NCBI RefSeq assembly: GCF_036971445.1
Contig: NC_091471.1
Location: forward strand, 75,950,001-76,014,000
Source: Narcine bancroftii
Lineage: Eukaryota
Length of the DNA stretch: 64,000 bases
Direction: 5' to 3'
Shown here: in pieces, positions 13,561-25,740 of the stretch
Layout of the letters: every line of letters starts with the position of its first letter
Numbering within the stretch: the stretch's first letter is position 1
The notes under the pieces: model-generated
What the model saw: only the letters and a program-made list of their open reading frames with translations
The model's database searches: none
What the model was told of the DNA's origin: nothing
Program-made: the position numbers and the translations under genes

Positions 13561-13927
13561 TGTGTTTATACCCAATGTGCTTCTAAAATCTGGCCATCTT
13601 TTGCACGACTTTTAACCCCTGTACTCGTACTTTTCTCTGTTTTAAGTTTTACTTTTACTTTATCCACACTCTTCTTTTTTGCTTTATCCATCCCTCTCCA
13701 ATCTGTTTAACCCATGCTCCTGCTATTTATTTATGATTTATTGCTAAGGAAATACCTCGGCCCTTCATAATTTTGTTCCACTCCATTCCATCTTCCCTTA
13801 TATTTATATATTTTCCCCCAAAAATACATAGCTTATGTCATCTTTCCAAATAACTATTTTCTTTCAATCTTGGTAACATCTCCACATATCCCCTTTCTCC
13901 ATCTTCAAAGCAATCTATTTTCTTTTG

Positions 13928-16900
13928 CAGTGTTTCCCAAGCTGGGTTCTGCGGAAAGGCACAGGAATTCCGCGAATGAAATTACAGGGAGTAATAACAA
14001 TCTTCTTGTTTTTATTTAAATTAGTTTTTACCTCTGATGAGCTTTATCAATGACTCCAAAGCTGTAGAGCGAGGAGCGATAGGCTTTGTTACACTTTAGA
14101 CTTCCTGCTGGCCTGATTTCAAGTGCTTGACTGAGGAGAGGGACAGAGAGGTCATCCTTTATTCCAGGGTCACATGGGGAGGAGTTACCATTGGGGGACA
14201 GGCCAGCTATCCATCGACGGTTACATATTCATATCAACACATTAATTCTCTCTTTTAAAACAAAACCCCACCGGGTTAAAAGTCCTAGAGGCTCAGCCAG
14301 TCGATGATCTCCTTTGCCTCTGTGACCGGGGCAGTTCTGCCAGTGGTACCATGGTTGGCTCCATTGCCAGGCAGGGGAGGGAGGGCTGGCTCTGTGGGAG
14401 GTGGGGCTTGGCTGTATGTGGGGGAAATTGTGGTGGTTGTAGCAGCTGGAGTAGGGTCTGGGGTGTATGGCGTGATGGATGGGGATGGGTTGTTAACCTG
14501 GACCGTCCCTGGCGGGGGGGAGTATGGGTGTAGGCTGGATCCAGGTTGAAGGGAGTGGAGAATGGGTATGGGTCTCCAGCATGCATCAGGTCCCAGATGG
14601 GGACCATGTCCTTAAGGCCATCAGGGTACACCACGTAGTCGTGCAAGAGTTGCACCTCTTCAACCAACAGGTCGGACTTATGACCCCTCGCGCGTTTCTG
14701 CAACAGGACAGGTCCTGGGTACAAGAGCAGGGTGGTAGTGTGGTTCCAGGTGCTAAATTCCTGGGAAAGGAAAACATTAGTTCAGGCGGGGTTAAGTTGG
14801 TAGAGGTACATAGCAGAGATCGGATGGCATTCCAAACTGTCGCATTTTCTCTCTCTACCTGGCCGTTCCCCCGGGGGTTGTAGCTGGTCGTCCTACTACT
14901 AGCGGCAATGCCTCTAGCCACCAGGTACTGCCACAGTTCGTTGCTTAGAAAAGAGGACCCCCCATCACTGTCGATGTAATTCAGGTACCCAAAGAAAGTA
15001 AATATCCTGTGGAGTGTCTTTATGATGGTGGGTGATGTCTTGTCGGGACAGAGGATGGCAAAAGGGAACCTGGAGTACTCATCAATGAAGTTCGGGAAAG
15101 ATACGTTCCTGTTGGACGAGGGCAGGGGCCCCTTGAAATCGATACTGAGTAGTTTAAAGGAGTGTGTGACCTTGATGAGATGCGACTTATTGTGCTGGAA
15201 GAACTGTGGTTTGCACTCTGCGCAGACCCGACAGTGACTGGTCAATGACCTGACATCCTCAATGGAGTAGAGAAGGTTCCGTGCTTTCACGAAGTGGAAC
15301 GATCTTATGATTCTGGAGTGGCAAAGGTTGTCATGGAAGGACTGGATGTGATCGAGATGTGCGCTGGCACACGTACCTTGGGATAGGGCATCTGAGGGGT
15401 TGTTGAGCCTGCCAGGCCAGTATAGGATGTAGTAGTTGTAAATGGAGAGCTTGATTCTCCACCTCAGGATTTTGTTATTTTTTGATCTTACCCCATAATT
15501 TGGTAATGAACATGAAAACAACAGCTCATTGGTCTGTTAGCAAGATAAATCTCTTCTCGGCCAGGTAATGACACCAGTGGCACACCGCCTCAACAATGGC
15601 CTGCACCTCCTTTGCGACATCTCAGGACTGTGAAGGGAACGGGAAAAAAATGGCACTGGCCTGCCTGTCTGGTTGAGAGTGGCAGCCAGTGCAAAGTCAG
15701 GGGCAATACTTTCTACCTGGAACAGGATGGACTCATCCATGGCATGCTCCGTGGCTTTGGCAATGTCTCCCTTGATCTGGGTGAAGGCTGTCTGGGCTTC
15801 TGCCAATAAGGGGAAGGTTGTGGATCTTACCAGGGGGTGGGCTTTATCAGCATACTTGGGCACCCATAGGGCGTAATAGGCAAAGAACCTCAGGCACCTT
15901 TTTAGCGCCTTGATGTTGAGCAGGATAGGGAGTTCCATAAGGGGATGCATGCAGTTGGGGGCGATGACACCATATGTCATGATGCATCTGAGGATGGCCA
16001 GGCAAGTGGTGCTAAACACATACTTTTCCTTGTTGTAGGTCAAATTGAGAGACTTGACAGTGTGGAGGAATTTGGCAAGGCTCACGTTGTGGTCCTGCTG
16101 GTAGTGGCCACAGATGGTGACATTGTCTAGGTAGGGGAACATGGCCACCAGTTTGTAATCCATCTCTATCTGAAATACGGAGACACCATTGATGACTCCG
16201 AAGGGTACACAGAAGAAGTGATAGAGCCTGGCATCCGCTTCAAATGCAGTATACTGGAGGTCTCCTAGGCAAAGGGAAAGTTGGTGGCATGCTGACTTTA
16301 GGTGAGTGGTGGAGAACACCTATACTGGGCAATCCTATTGGCCGTGTCGGTGATCCAGGGAAGGGGGTATGCATCCAGCTGAATGAAGCGGTTGATCGTT
16401 TGTCTATAGTCAATCCTGTGTGAAAGATTTAAAGTGTAATAAATTGATACACTCTATCAATGACTCCCAAGCTGTAGAGTGAGGAATGATAGGCTTTATT
16501 ACACTTTAGACGTAGCTGACCCAATTCCAAGTGCTCGACTAAGGATAGGGAGAGGGAGGTCAACCTTTATTCCAAGGTCACAAGGGGTGGAGTTACCAGG
16601 GAGTGACCTACCAGTCACATATACACATATTTGTATCACCACAACCTGTCTTTAAAACAATTTGTTTCATGGGGGACAGCTGGGGTGGGGAGTAGGGTAG
16701 GGGGGAGGAGGAGCCAGACCAGACTCAGGGAATACCACACCAGGCAGTGGCCAGCTTCATGGCTGCAAAAATTACCCAGAAACCCCATGGTAAGAATGTA
16801 CCTTATCTCCACTGAAGGAGCCGAGGGTGCAGTCACGATTCAAAAGTGTCGTAAGGAGCATGCGCAGTGTTCTCCATCACCCCGACTCTGCATGGGTGAA

Positions 16901-17201
16901 GCCAGTGACTGTGGGCCAGAATCGGAGCAAGGGACGGCGAGGGTAGCCAGGTCTATGGTGGGGTGCCAGAGGTGGCCCAGGCTCATGGCGAAGCAAAGTC
17001 ATTGGAGGGGTGGGGGGGGAGGGGTTGCCTTACTGAAGCTCAGCCTAGGGCCCGCGTGTTAGTTAATCCACTGCTGGTGAGTTTATTTACTTTTTTACTA
17101 TACTTGTGTGTATACCAGATCTTTTAATCTGTAATTGACAATTGGGGTTCTGAAATTTCAAAGTGCTCCCCAAAAGGAGCTAAAAGTTTTGGGAAGCCCT
17201 G
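13928..17201. mobile_element. hAT-like non-autonomous element hosting a Gypsy provirus and a partial second MITE
   Basis: Termini cagtgtttcccaa ... ttgggaagccctg; 8-bp flanks ttcttttg (13920-13927) and ttctattg (17202-17209), 7/8 identical. Confidence 0.72.
14035..16643 (-). mobile_element. Gypsy/Ty3 LTR retrotransposon lacking gag/protease; LTRs 14035-14241 and 16445-16643
   Basis: Related ~200-bp TG...CA repeats; flanks acctc/acctg. ORF 15537-16319 is RT/RNase H (VPFGVINGVSVFQ, FPYLDNVTICG); ORF 14586-15521 is integrase (H..LCHS..CRVCAEC, IDFKGPLP, SYNPRGNGQVEREN). Confidence 0.93.
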
Positions 17202-17676
17202 TTCTATTGTGTGGCAGTCAGAAGTGTATTCAACATTCTAGCTGTTGCCAAGTTAATGCTGTGTGCAGTTCTAACTCAATCTGCAATGAATTAAGGTAAC
17301 ATGCTGGAAACATCATTTTATAAATTACAATCCTCCTGATAGACCTCAAGGAGTTTGGTGAACTGATAACTCTAGCTCTGTGGACTTAATAGCACCTGCT
17401 GATCACACTAATGACCTATAAATATTGGAGGGTCTTCTACAGATGCTGAATGCATCATTACCCCAATCCACACACCCCATTCACCATCATCTTCAAGCAA
17501 TCTGAGAGACCCTTTTAATAACATTGGACTGGCCTTTAATCCAGGCTATGAATGGCAAAGCTGCTATCTGTTAAGAAGGCAGCTCGTTCTTGGCCTGCTA
17601 TAGTCCAGCCTAATAATTCTATTGATTTCTGTTCCTTTTACACGAACTAAATCACATTAAATACCTGGGTAACTGT

Positions 17677-18782
17677 AGTCCCTTTCACACTTGCAAATGA
17701 TCCCAGGAATTAACCCACAATCAGCCTTTAAAGTGCCCAAGTATGAAAGCAAAATCAGCTCAACGCTGGCGTCAGATGACCTCATCTCACGCTGGGGATT
17801 GACGGCCTCGACCCCTAGTACAATTGGGCTTGCAATCAGGCAATTGTGAAACGAGTAATTGCGTTGTGGGATTGAAATGACCCAAGTTTTTGCATAAGTA
17901 CAGGAACATAAAGGAAGAAAAGATTAAAATGAAGGTATAAGCTTTACCATGGGAAAGTTGCAGCGGGAGAGAGAGAGAGAGAGCGAGAGGAAATAAATAG
18001 TAAAAAAATAGCAATAGTGGACAATTTTTAAACAACGTGGGAATGTTGGTAGCGCTCTCGAGCTCTGGGTAAAAGCAATGGTGGACTACACTTCCCAGAA
18101 TGCTGTGTGGCAGAGAAACCCCTCCATAAATGCTCTGTTGCTGCAGCCGGTCATAGAACCCTTTCTCTGCCCTATGGAATTCTGGAAGGCCAGGTCCGCC
18201 ATCGCTTTTTCCCCACGGTATTTATAAATTGTACATGATAGTGTGTTTAACTTTCCCACACTATATAAATTGTGTGCTGTAGCACTACAAACTTTCCCAT
18301 GCTAGACAAATTGTGCACTGTAGTGCTACAAACTTACCCATGCTCTATAAATTGAGCAATAAAGCGCCAACAACTTTCCCACCATGTTTAAAAATAGTCC
18401 GCTATTGCTATTTCTTGCTAGCATTATACCACAGTCCCTTATAAAGGTTAATATAGGTCAGTGCAACAACAAGCAGGAGCTGAAGAGCTCATACTGTTCT
18501 GTACATAAAGCTTAATTATGCTATAATTAGGCATGATTAATTTTTTTCAAATATAAGAGCATAATGCATTGATCAGGATTTAGGGCAGGTCCACCATCAC
18601 TCAATGTGTCATGACATCACCCGTAGAAGGTCGAACAGTCCTAACCCCAGGGATGGCTCCTTGCAAGTGTGAAAGCATTCTGTGTCCCACTTAGGAGTGG
18701 TCAAGTGTGAAAAGCCAAACCCCCATTCCTATCCCAGGACAGTGAATGGCCAATTTAGTGAGATGCAAGTGTCAAAGGGACT
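17677..18782. mobile_element. PIF/Harbinger-like MITE with internal inverted repeats and a ~41-bp tandem array (about 18220-18385)
   Basis: TIRs agtccctttcacacttgca / tgcaagtgtcaaagggact; internal IR about 18006-18042 versus 18377-18413; four degenerate units of tataaattgtg..tgtag..ctacaaactttcccatgc. Superfamily inferred from TIR style; TSD not clean. Confidence 0.7.
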
Positions 18783-19891
18783 TGAAATCCTCCATCATTG
18801 CTTGACAGTTTTTGCACTTGTCAGTGATTTGCCCTTTAACCTCTGTGGAATTATTTAGAGGTTTACAGTGCAGCATTAGTTGTATGGTTCCCAACAATTA
18901 AAGCCCATAGTGTTGTAAACTGGGAGCACACCGCATTAATAATCTCTACAAGTAAGGATGTCCTGATATTCTGAATTGTTTTGTGTTTTTCATTTTAATA
19001 TTAGCACTGTTTGCTGTGCCTATTTGGTGTACTTCTGGATTTTTTTTTGTTCTTTTCCATAACTACACTGAATCTAACTGAATTAACATCACTACCACAA
19101 AATGCTTGAATCCTGATTCTTCTTCTCTTGTCCAACATTATTTTCTAAATGTCAGTCTAGAATTGCACCCCTCAGCACTTTTCATCCCCACCCCTCTAAT
19201 TACATTCTTTCACTTTTTGTGGTCTGTTGTATACTGGCTTGATATTTCTACTGATAAATACAGAGATAACTGTAATCCTCTATCATTACTGCTCTACAGT
19301 TTGTGCAATTGTCAAAGATGTACCTATCGATTTGCCCTTTCACCTCTGTGGTAGTGTTTGGAGGTTTAGAGCACAGAATTAGTTAAATGTTTTTCCATCA
19401 ATGTAAGCCCATAGCAAATCCATTGTGAGCAGTCAGTAATATTTGGTCAGTATTGACTGCAAAATCTTGATTATTTTTGAGATAATAATTACTGAGCCAC
19501 TTTATTAAGCATCACTCCAAAGGCTGCTTTTAAGATTCCCATCTAATCAGCTGTGTTTGGTCACCTGCACACTTTATTGTACCATTCTTCCACTTTTGAG
19601 TTCTTCTTCAATTTGAACAGAATCACCTTGTCATTGCAATATTGCAGCTTTTATCAACCTCACACTTTCAGGCAGATTAATTATAAGAGCAAACATGTGT
19701 GGACAGAAATATGCTTTAGATGTTAGTTCAGAGTATTGCTGGTGTGTTGTTTCTTCCCACAGGATCACTGAAAGTCCAATGAATTGGCACCAGTGCTATC
19801 CATCTGGATTATCTAGTTTATATAGTTGATGAAAAAGAAAAATATTTTCTGTTCATTTTAGTAAAGCATTGTTGGTTTTCTTTGTATATAG

Positions 19892-19969
19892 GAGACCAGG
19901 CATACTTGCACAATAGAGGAGGATTCAGAAGGAGACAATGATTCAGAAGAATTTTATTACGTTGGTCAG
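19892..19969 (+). CDS. PARP8: PARP8 internal coding exon (78 bp, phase 0 to phase 0)
   Basis: Acceptor ttttctttgtatatAG and donor CAG|GTGAGT. Translates ETRHTCTIEEDSEGDNDSEEFYYVGQ versus recalled human ESRQNSTVEEDSEGDNDSEEFYYGGQ. Confidence 0.93.
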
Positions 19970-20024
19970 GTGAGTAGGTTTCCAGTTATCTATTGGTGGT
20001 CAGCTGGGAGATTCAGAATTGTGA

Positions 20025-21645
20025 AATAAATAGATTGATGCTAAAATCAAGATGTTGATCTGATTAGATGTACCAAAAGCTATCGAACCTCTAGAAGTAA
20101 TAGGAGTCAAATTGACGGACCTCATGCTGTGAGAATGTTGCCTAGATGGACAATTAATGGACCATGAGGAGAAAAAATTAATAATGATCAGGGGTTGTTG
20201 AATGTAAATGTCAACAGAATTTCAGTTGTCAAACTTAATGATCTATGGGAACAACAGTTTAAAATTGATTTCTATGAATGTCTCACAGATATTCAAGAAC
20301 TTTAAGGGAGGATAAACAAACCGCTTTCAGATGTTATGATAAAGATTACCCGCCTGCAGGCACGGCTAGCAGAGTTCAGCTGACACGTTTAGGTGGCCAT
20401 GGAATGGACGGCTTTCTGGCACCTGAACATGCCAGCTGACTGCTAGTCACCTAGCAGCGAAAGCCGGCTACTCCGGACAGGTGTCTAGTCCCACCCATGC
20501 AGACCTCACGTCATAGCAGTGCATCAAGGCATGCCTGACAAACAATTCGGGCATTACTTGACTCGCACTTTTGGTCTCTCCCCCGCGCTTTCCCTCCCGA
20601 CTCCCACTGCCACTCTCCCTCCCCCCCTTGCCCGCCCGACTCCCGCTGCCAGTCACCCCCCCTCATCCGCCAAACTCCTGCTGCTGGTCTCCCTCCCCCC
20701 CACTCCCAAAGCGGCAGCGGGAGTCGGGCGGGTGAGGGGTGGTGGAGACCGGCAGCGGGAGTCAGGCAGGCAAGGGTGTGGGGAGGGGGTGGTGGAGACC
20801 GGCAGCGGCAGTGGGACTGGGTGCGAAAAAAAATTTGAGGAAGTATAACTTATTTTAGTTACTGAACACCTGTCTGGTCAGAAAAATTGTGAACATTATG
20901 AAAGAACATTTATTTCAAATTCAGAATGTAACATAACAGCCTTCAACAGATAATATCTTAATATCTCTGGCTTCCTTGTCTCTGGAGTCGATGGCTGACG
21001 ACGTCACCGCGACGTCATCAGCCCGCCCCCTGGCAGCTCGGGCCGCTTTTAGCTGTAACAATCAATACTCCGAGCAGGATAGTTATACCTCTCGAATAGG
21101 GTTCAGTAAGTAGACCTCCTGGCCGGCTTTTTCGGTTTCAGATGGCCACCCGACAGCCACACAGGAGTATAATGTGCGGCTTTACAGTCAGGTATTGTGG
21201 CCATCTGAAAGCGGCTTAATTTTCTGGATTTAGTTTCAAATTTTGTGAAACATGTTGATGGTCATTACTGTATAGCATTAGCTTTGAAGGTAAAAGAAAT
21301 TTGGTTGCCAGACAATAAAATAATTACAGAACAGCGTATGCTGAATTTGAAGAAAAAAAATCAAAAGAAATCCTTCCTTTCATTTGCAATATACTAATAT
21401 CATGTCAGAAATGACAACCATGGGTTATGTAGAAAAAGGTATCTGAAAATATCTTGGAAGGTAAAGATGGTAGAAAATGGTATTTTCCTCATCATGGAAC
21501 TTATTCATCCACAAAAGGAGAAACTACATGTAGTATTTGATTTTGGAGCATCATTTTAAGGAGTTTCATTGAATTTTCAACTTTTACAAGGTCCAGACTT
21601 AACCAGTACTTTAATAGGTATTCTGATAAGATTTTGTAAAGAGCT
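20025..21645 (+). mobile_element. BEL/Pao LTR retrotransposon pol relic, split by a MITE
   Basis: Hand translation across frameshifts: DVPKAIEPLEV..DGPHAVRM..WTINGP, then [49 protein letters not shown], characteristic of BEL/Pao RT. No LTRs seen. Confidence 0.8.
20320..21216. mobile_element. Harbinger-like MITE, GC-rich, inserted in the BEL relic
   Basis: TIRs ccgctttcagatg / catctgaaagcgg; flanks caa/taa (TWA-type). Removing it restores the BEL frame (EDKQ|FLDLVS). Internal GC-rich inverted repeats about 20575-20820. Confidence 0.75.
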
Positions 21646-22014
21646 TATTGTGAATGCAGCTATAAATAGCTTTAATATTTCATTGATAAATGCGAACAAA
21701 CATTCCTGTAGCTTTGCACTTCATAACGATGAGTAAAACAAAGCATATTGTAAATGATAATGATACTCAACTTCAAGCAAATATAAATGAATTAAAATGA
21801 TAATAAATGATTAATAATGAAGAATAATGATGAATTCAAAAAGTTTCTCAAGTGCTCACATCTCTTCTATGCTTATTCCAAGAATGAGAATGAGCTCCTC
21901 GTCCGCTCTGATATTACGGCATATGACATCGTAATAACTATGGTAACACTACAAAACAACAATCTTTCATAAAGGGAAAGTGAAAAAACAACCACAAATC
22001 ATAAACACTCAGTT

Positions 22015-22888
22015 TTACATTCTTTGAAACACCCCTTTGTTGCTTCAGCAGTATGTTTGAGACCATTGTCTTGCTGTAGCCTGAAGTGCCGTCCAATGAG
22101 CTTGAAGGCATTTGCTCAAACATGAGCAAATACAACTCAGAATTCATTTTAACAGCCATCAGCTGTTACATCATTAATGAAGATAATTGTGCCAGTACCT
22201 GTGGCAGCCATACATGCCCAGACCATAACACCCCACTACCATGTTTCACAGATGAGGTGGTATGTTTTAGATCTTGGGCAGTTCCTTTATGCCTCCACAC
22301 TTTGCTCTTGTCATCACTCTGATACAGGTTAATCTTGGTCTCATCTGTCCACAGACTGTTTCTAGAATTCTGCAAGCTCTTTTAAATACTTGTCAAACTC
22401 TAATCTGACCACCCTGTTTCTATGGTTAACTAGTGATTTGCGTCTTGCAGTGTAGCCTCTGTATTTCTGTTGATGAAGTCCTTTGCAGACAGTAGTCATT
22501 TACACATCCACACCTGGCTCCTGAAGAGTGTTTTTCATCTGTTGGCAGACATTTGCCAATTTTTTGTCATTCTGATGAGAATTCTTCTGCTTTTAGAAGT
22601 GGAGGTCTTCCTTGGACTCCCAATCACTGTGTGATTACTGAGCTCACCAGAACACTCTTCTTAATAATATTCCAAACAGTTGATTTTGGTCATCCTAAGG
22701 TTTGGGCTATATCTCTTACCATTTTATTCTTGCTTTTCAACCTTTTCAGGGCTTCTTTGACTTTAATTGGGACAACTCGGTCCTCATGTTGAAATATGAA
22801 TTGTTTGATTACAAATTTAAAACTGGAGCACAGGGACAAATAAAGGAAAAAATGTATGCCTTGGTTCCAAACACTATGGAGGGAACTG
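22015..22888 (-). mobile_element. Tc1/mariner transposon relic (5' TIR plus partial transposase)
   Basis: ORF 22166-22375 has LWTDETKINLYQSD..KVWR..HTTSSVKHG (first D of the DDE triad); the minus-strand terminus reads TA|CAGTTCCCTCCATAGTGTTTGG. Confidence 0.85.
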
Positions 22889-23329
22889 TATATAAGCATT
22901 CTAAGCAACAGAACCAATGGTTATATGAGGAGAATTGAATTGGTCTTGTAAAGCATCAGTGCAGGCTTAATGGAGCCAGTGACCTTCAATTGTCAGTTAG
23001 TTTTAAGGATGCTTCAATGTTAATTTTCCCCCTTTATTGAGTATGTATTCAACATATACAGGAACTGGCACAAATTGGCATAGACATTGTGGGCAAAAGG
23101 ACAATTACAGGACTGTTTCATGATCTGAGATCCACATGAGCTGCACAATACAAGGCTCAAGCCTAACAATGGCTTGTTAGGCTGGTGTGTGCTCTACAGG
23201 GATTGACATTGCAGCCATAAACTGTTCAGCAATTCATCTTTTAATTAATTAAGTGTCTTAAAAATTTAAAACTTTAAAATTGCAAAAACAAATAAATCAA
23301 CAACCCAGTTAATTCCTTCATTAATTTGA

Positions 23330-24120
23330 AAAAGTTCAAATTCCCCTATTTCATGAACAAATGTTAACGGGACCTTTGAAAATTAGAAGCTTAATCCCAG
23401 GTTTGCAGTTGAACACTGATTACTACATTCTATAAAAAAAATAAATCTTGCCTTAGTCTAGAAAAACTTTGGAAATATATCTTTCAAACATTATCCAGTG
23501 ATTCTTATGTTCAAATTAGAACCTTGCTCTTTAATAGCTCTATTTGGATCATTTCAAGATGATGTTTTACAAACTCCAACTTGAAACCCAATTTTATCTT
23601 CTACTTCATTGGTGGTCAGGTTATGTGGACACAATTACGCGTACATAATTATGAAGTGACATCATGTCTTGTTTAAATTAAGAAAAACTCAGATATCTCA
23701 TTAAAGAGTCAAATATCAACTTTCTAACGATGTCTGCCCATTTATGGACTATCATCTTAACCTAAAAAAGTAGGGTTCTTCTGAAGCTTTGGTACTGACG
23801 TACACAATTATGAAGTGTCATCATGTCTTGTTTAAATTAAGAAAAACTCAGATATCTCATTAAAGAGTCAAATATCAACTTTCTAAAGATGTCTGCCCAT
23901 TTATGGACTATCATCTTAACCTAAAAAAGTAGGGTTCTTCTGAAGCTTTGGTGCTGGGGTGTCCATCTCCACTTTGTTTTTACTTGATTCTTATGTGTCA
24001 GCTTTTAACCTGGCTAGTGGTAAGGGTTCTAAATTATAAAGTTTTTTTTGAATTGCACTTTACGATATATAACTGTACTGTTCAATTTTGCATAGTGACA
24101 CTAATAAAAATAAAAAGAAA
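23330..24120 (+). mobile_element. Decayed L1-like LINE 3' end
   Basis: Remnant DIMSCLN*EKLRYLIK...PFMDY resembling a fish L1 ORF2 C-terminus, followed by AATAAA and an A-rich tail at about 24103-24120. Confidence 0.55.
23640..23956. repeat. Tandem duplication, 2 x 159 bp
   Basis: 23640-23798 and 23799-23956 are almost identical (a few substitutions). Confidence 0.93.
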
Positions 24121-24659
24121 GACAATTCATTCAAAGGGCAGCAAAATATTGGCAGCGGGACATGGAGTGATGGGTTGCAGTTGATGAGTGAGAGTTAATT
24201 GTGAACTGGCATGAATTGGCATCAAATAGAGTGAGAGTAGAAATGAGATAAGTGAGACTGAATCGAAAGGTATGTTTACACAAGAAACTGTTTGGAAGCA
24301 AATAAGCTGAAGGTGTCAAATCATGCAATTGTTGCCCAATCGAGAAACGTGCATGGCAAGCCATGAACCTGTAGATGAATGCGAATAAATGTTTGCCACA
24401 AGCATTTATCAACTATGGGAAGGAAACAGGTTGTGAACTAAAAGACTCACAATGATTTAAGTGGTTCCTGGTTGTTTAAACAATTTATAGTGGGGTTCTG
24501 ACAACACTGTGAAGTACAAGTATTATTTTCCCATAAGACCTGGACTCTTGCAAACCCCAGGTTAATCCAGTGAACGTAAAGCTGTTGGATGTAAGATTGC
24601 AGGATGAAGTACATTTTGAAACTTAAAGGGCACTGGATTGCAGCAAGTCATGCCCATAA

Positions 24660-25207
24660 CACTGGATAATTAAGATTTTGTTTCCTGAATACTTTTGGGT
24701 GTATTTTATAGATATTGGGCTGTAGATCATGAAAATCTCCTTAAAATATTCCAATCACATACCACTTTTTCGATATAACCTATTTTTGTATTTCCACTCA
24801 TATTTGTAACATGCTTCAAGCCTCCAAAACCATGAAGCGCAGCGTGCAATTGAAAAATTTGCAATCAGACGTCTTCCCTGTTGATCTCAGTGCAGTCAGT
24901 GATGAACAGGGTGAAAGGTCATTGCGACCATTGAAAAGTGGTATCAAGGCAACTAGGATCTATCAATGCTGGCTGACAATTGTTGGACATTGACAGAAGA
25001 GGATCAGATGCTGAGTACTAACGAAAATTAGCAATATGTCAGCATCATTATACGATTAAACAGGATGAATTCAATAAAAGTTAATTAATGTTTATCCAAC
25101 TTTCTATGTGCAAATCTGAAATTATCTTTTTTTTGTTCAACTTGAAGTTGTCTATCATAATTTGTTTTCAGAAAGCAAACCTGGGGAAAAAAAAATGTTC
25201 TCCAGTG
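24660..25207 (+). mobile_element. Chapaev3-like (CMC) DNA transposon deletion derivative
   Basis: TAA|CACTGGA ... TCCAGTG|TAA (short TIR, 3-bp TAA TSD). Carries a transposase C-terminal remnant FPVDLSAVSDEQGER...SMLADNCWTL. Family name is from memory of this motif and these termini. Confidence 0.68.
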
Positions 25208-25395
25208 TAATTGGAATTATTTGGTGCTATCTTAACAATCTTACTAAGGGGGAGGTACAGATCGTGATTGAATGAATGATGTGTAAGCAGAATGTGGTAA
25301 AGGGAACTCAGGTGAACTCAGGTCATATTTGACCTCAAAGTGTTGTGTGCTGGAATTTAGTGGGGTGAGGGGTGGCTTTTGTTGACCAGAGCTCC

Positions 25396-25740
25396 CCAGA
25401 TGAGTTTAATAGAGGCATTCAAAACCATAAGGGGCACCAGATGAGTTTAATAGAGGCATTCAAAACCATAAGGGGCATAGATAGGGTGAATGCAAACTTT
25501 TATTTTCCACTGGGGTAGAGGTCGTGCTTTGAAAGGGAAAGGTAAAATATTTGAGTGGGAATTTCTTCAGAGTGTGATGAAAGTTTGGAATGAGCTTTCA
25601 GTGGAGGCGGTGATACAGGTTCGATTCGACTTTTAAGAGAAGATTGATAAGGTACATGTTTGGGAAGGGTATGGAGGGCTATGATCTGGGTGCAGGTGGA
25701 TGGAACCAGATGCAGACTTGATGGGCTGATTCTATGATTC
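25396..25740 (+). mobile_element. CR1 3' fragment beginning with a 2 x 41-bp tandem duplication (25396-25477)
   Basis: ccagatgagtttaatagaggcattcaaaaccataaggggca occurs twice exactly; LIEAFK..RGIDRV-type CR1 sequence follows. Confidence 0.7.

Noticed and set aside
18220-18385. Regular ~41-bp repeats as a CRISPR-like array
   Set aside because: Head-to-tail degenerate units with no unique spacers, no cas genes, and a vertebrate intron context.
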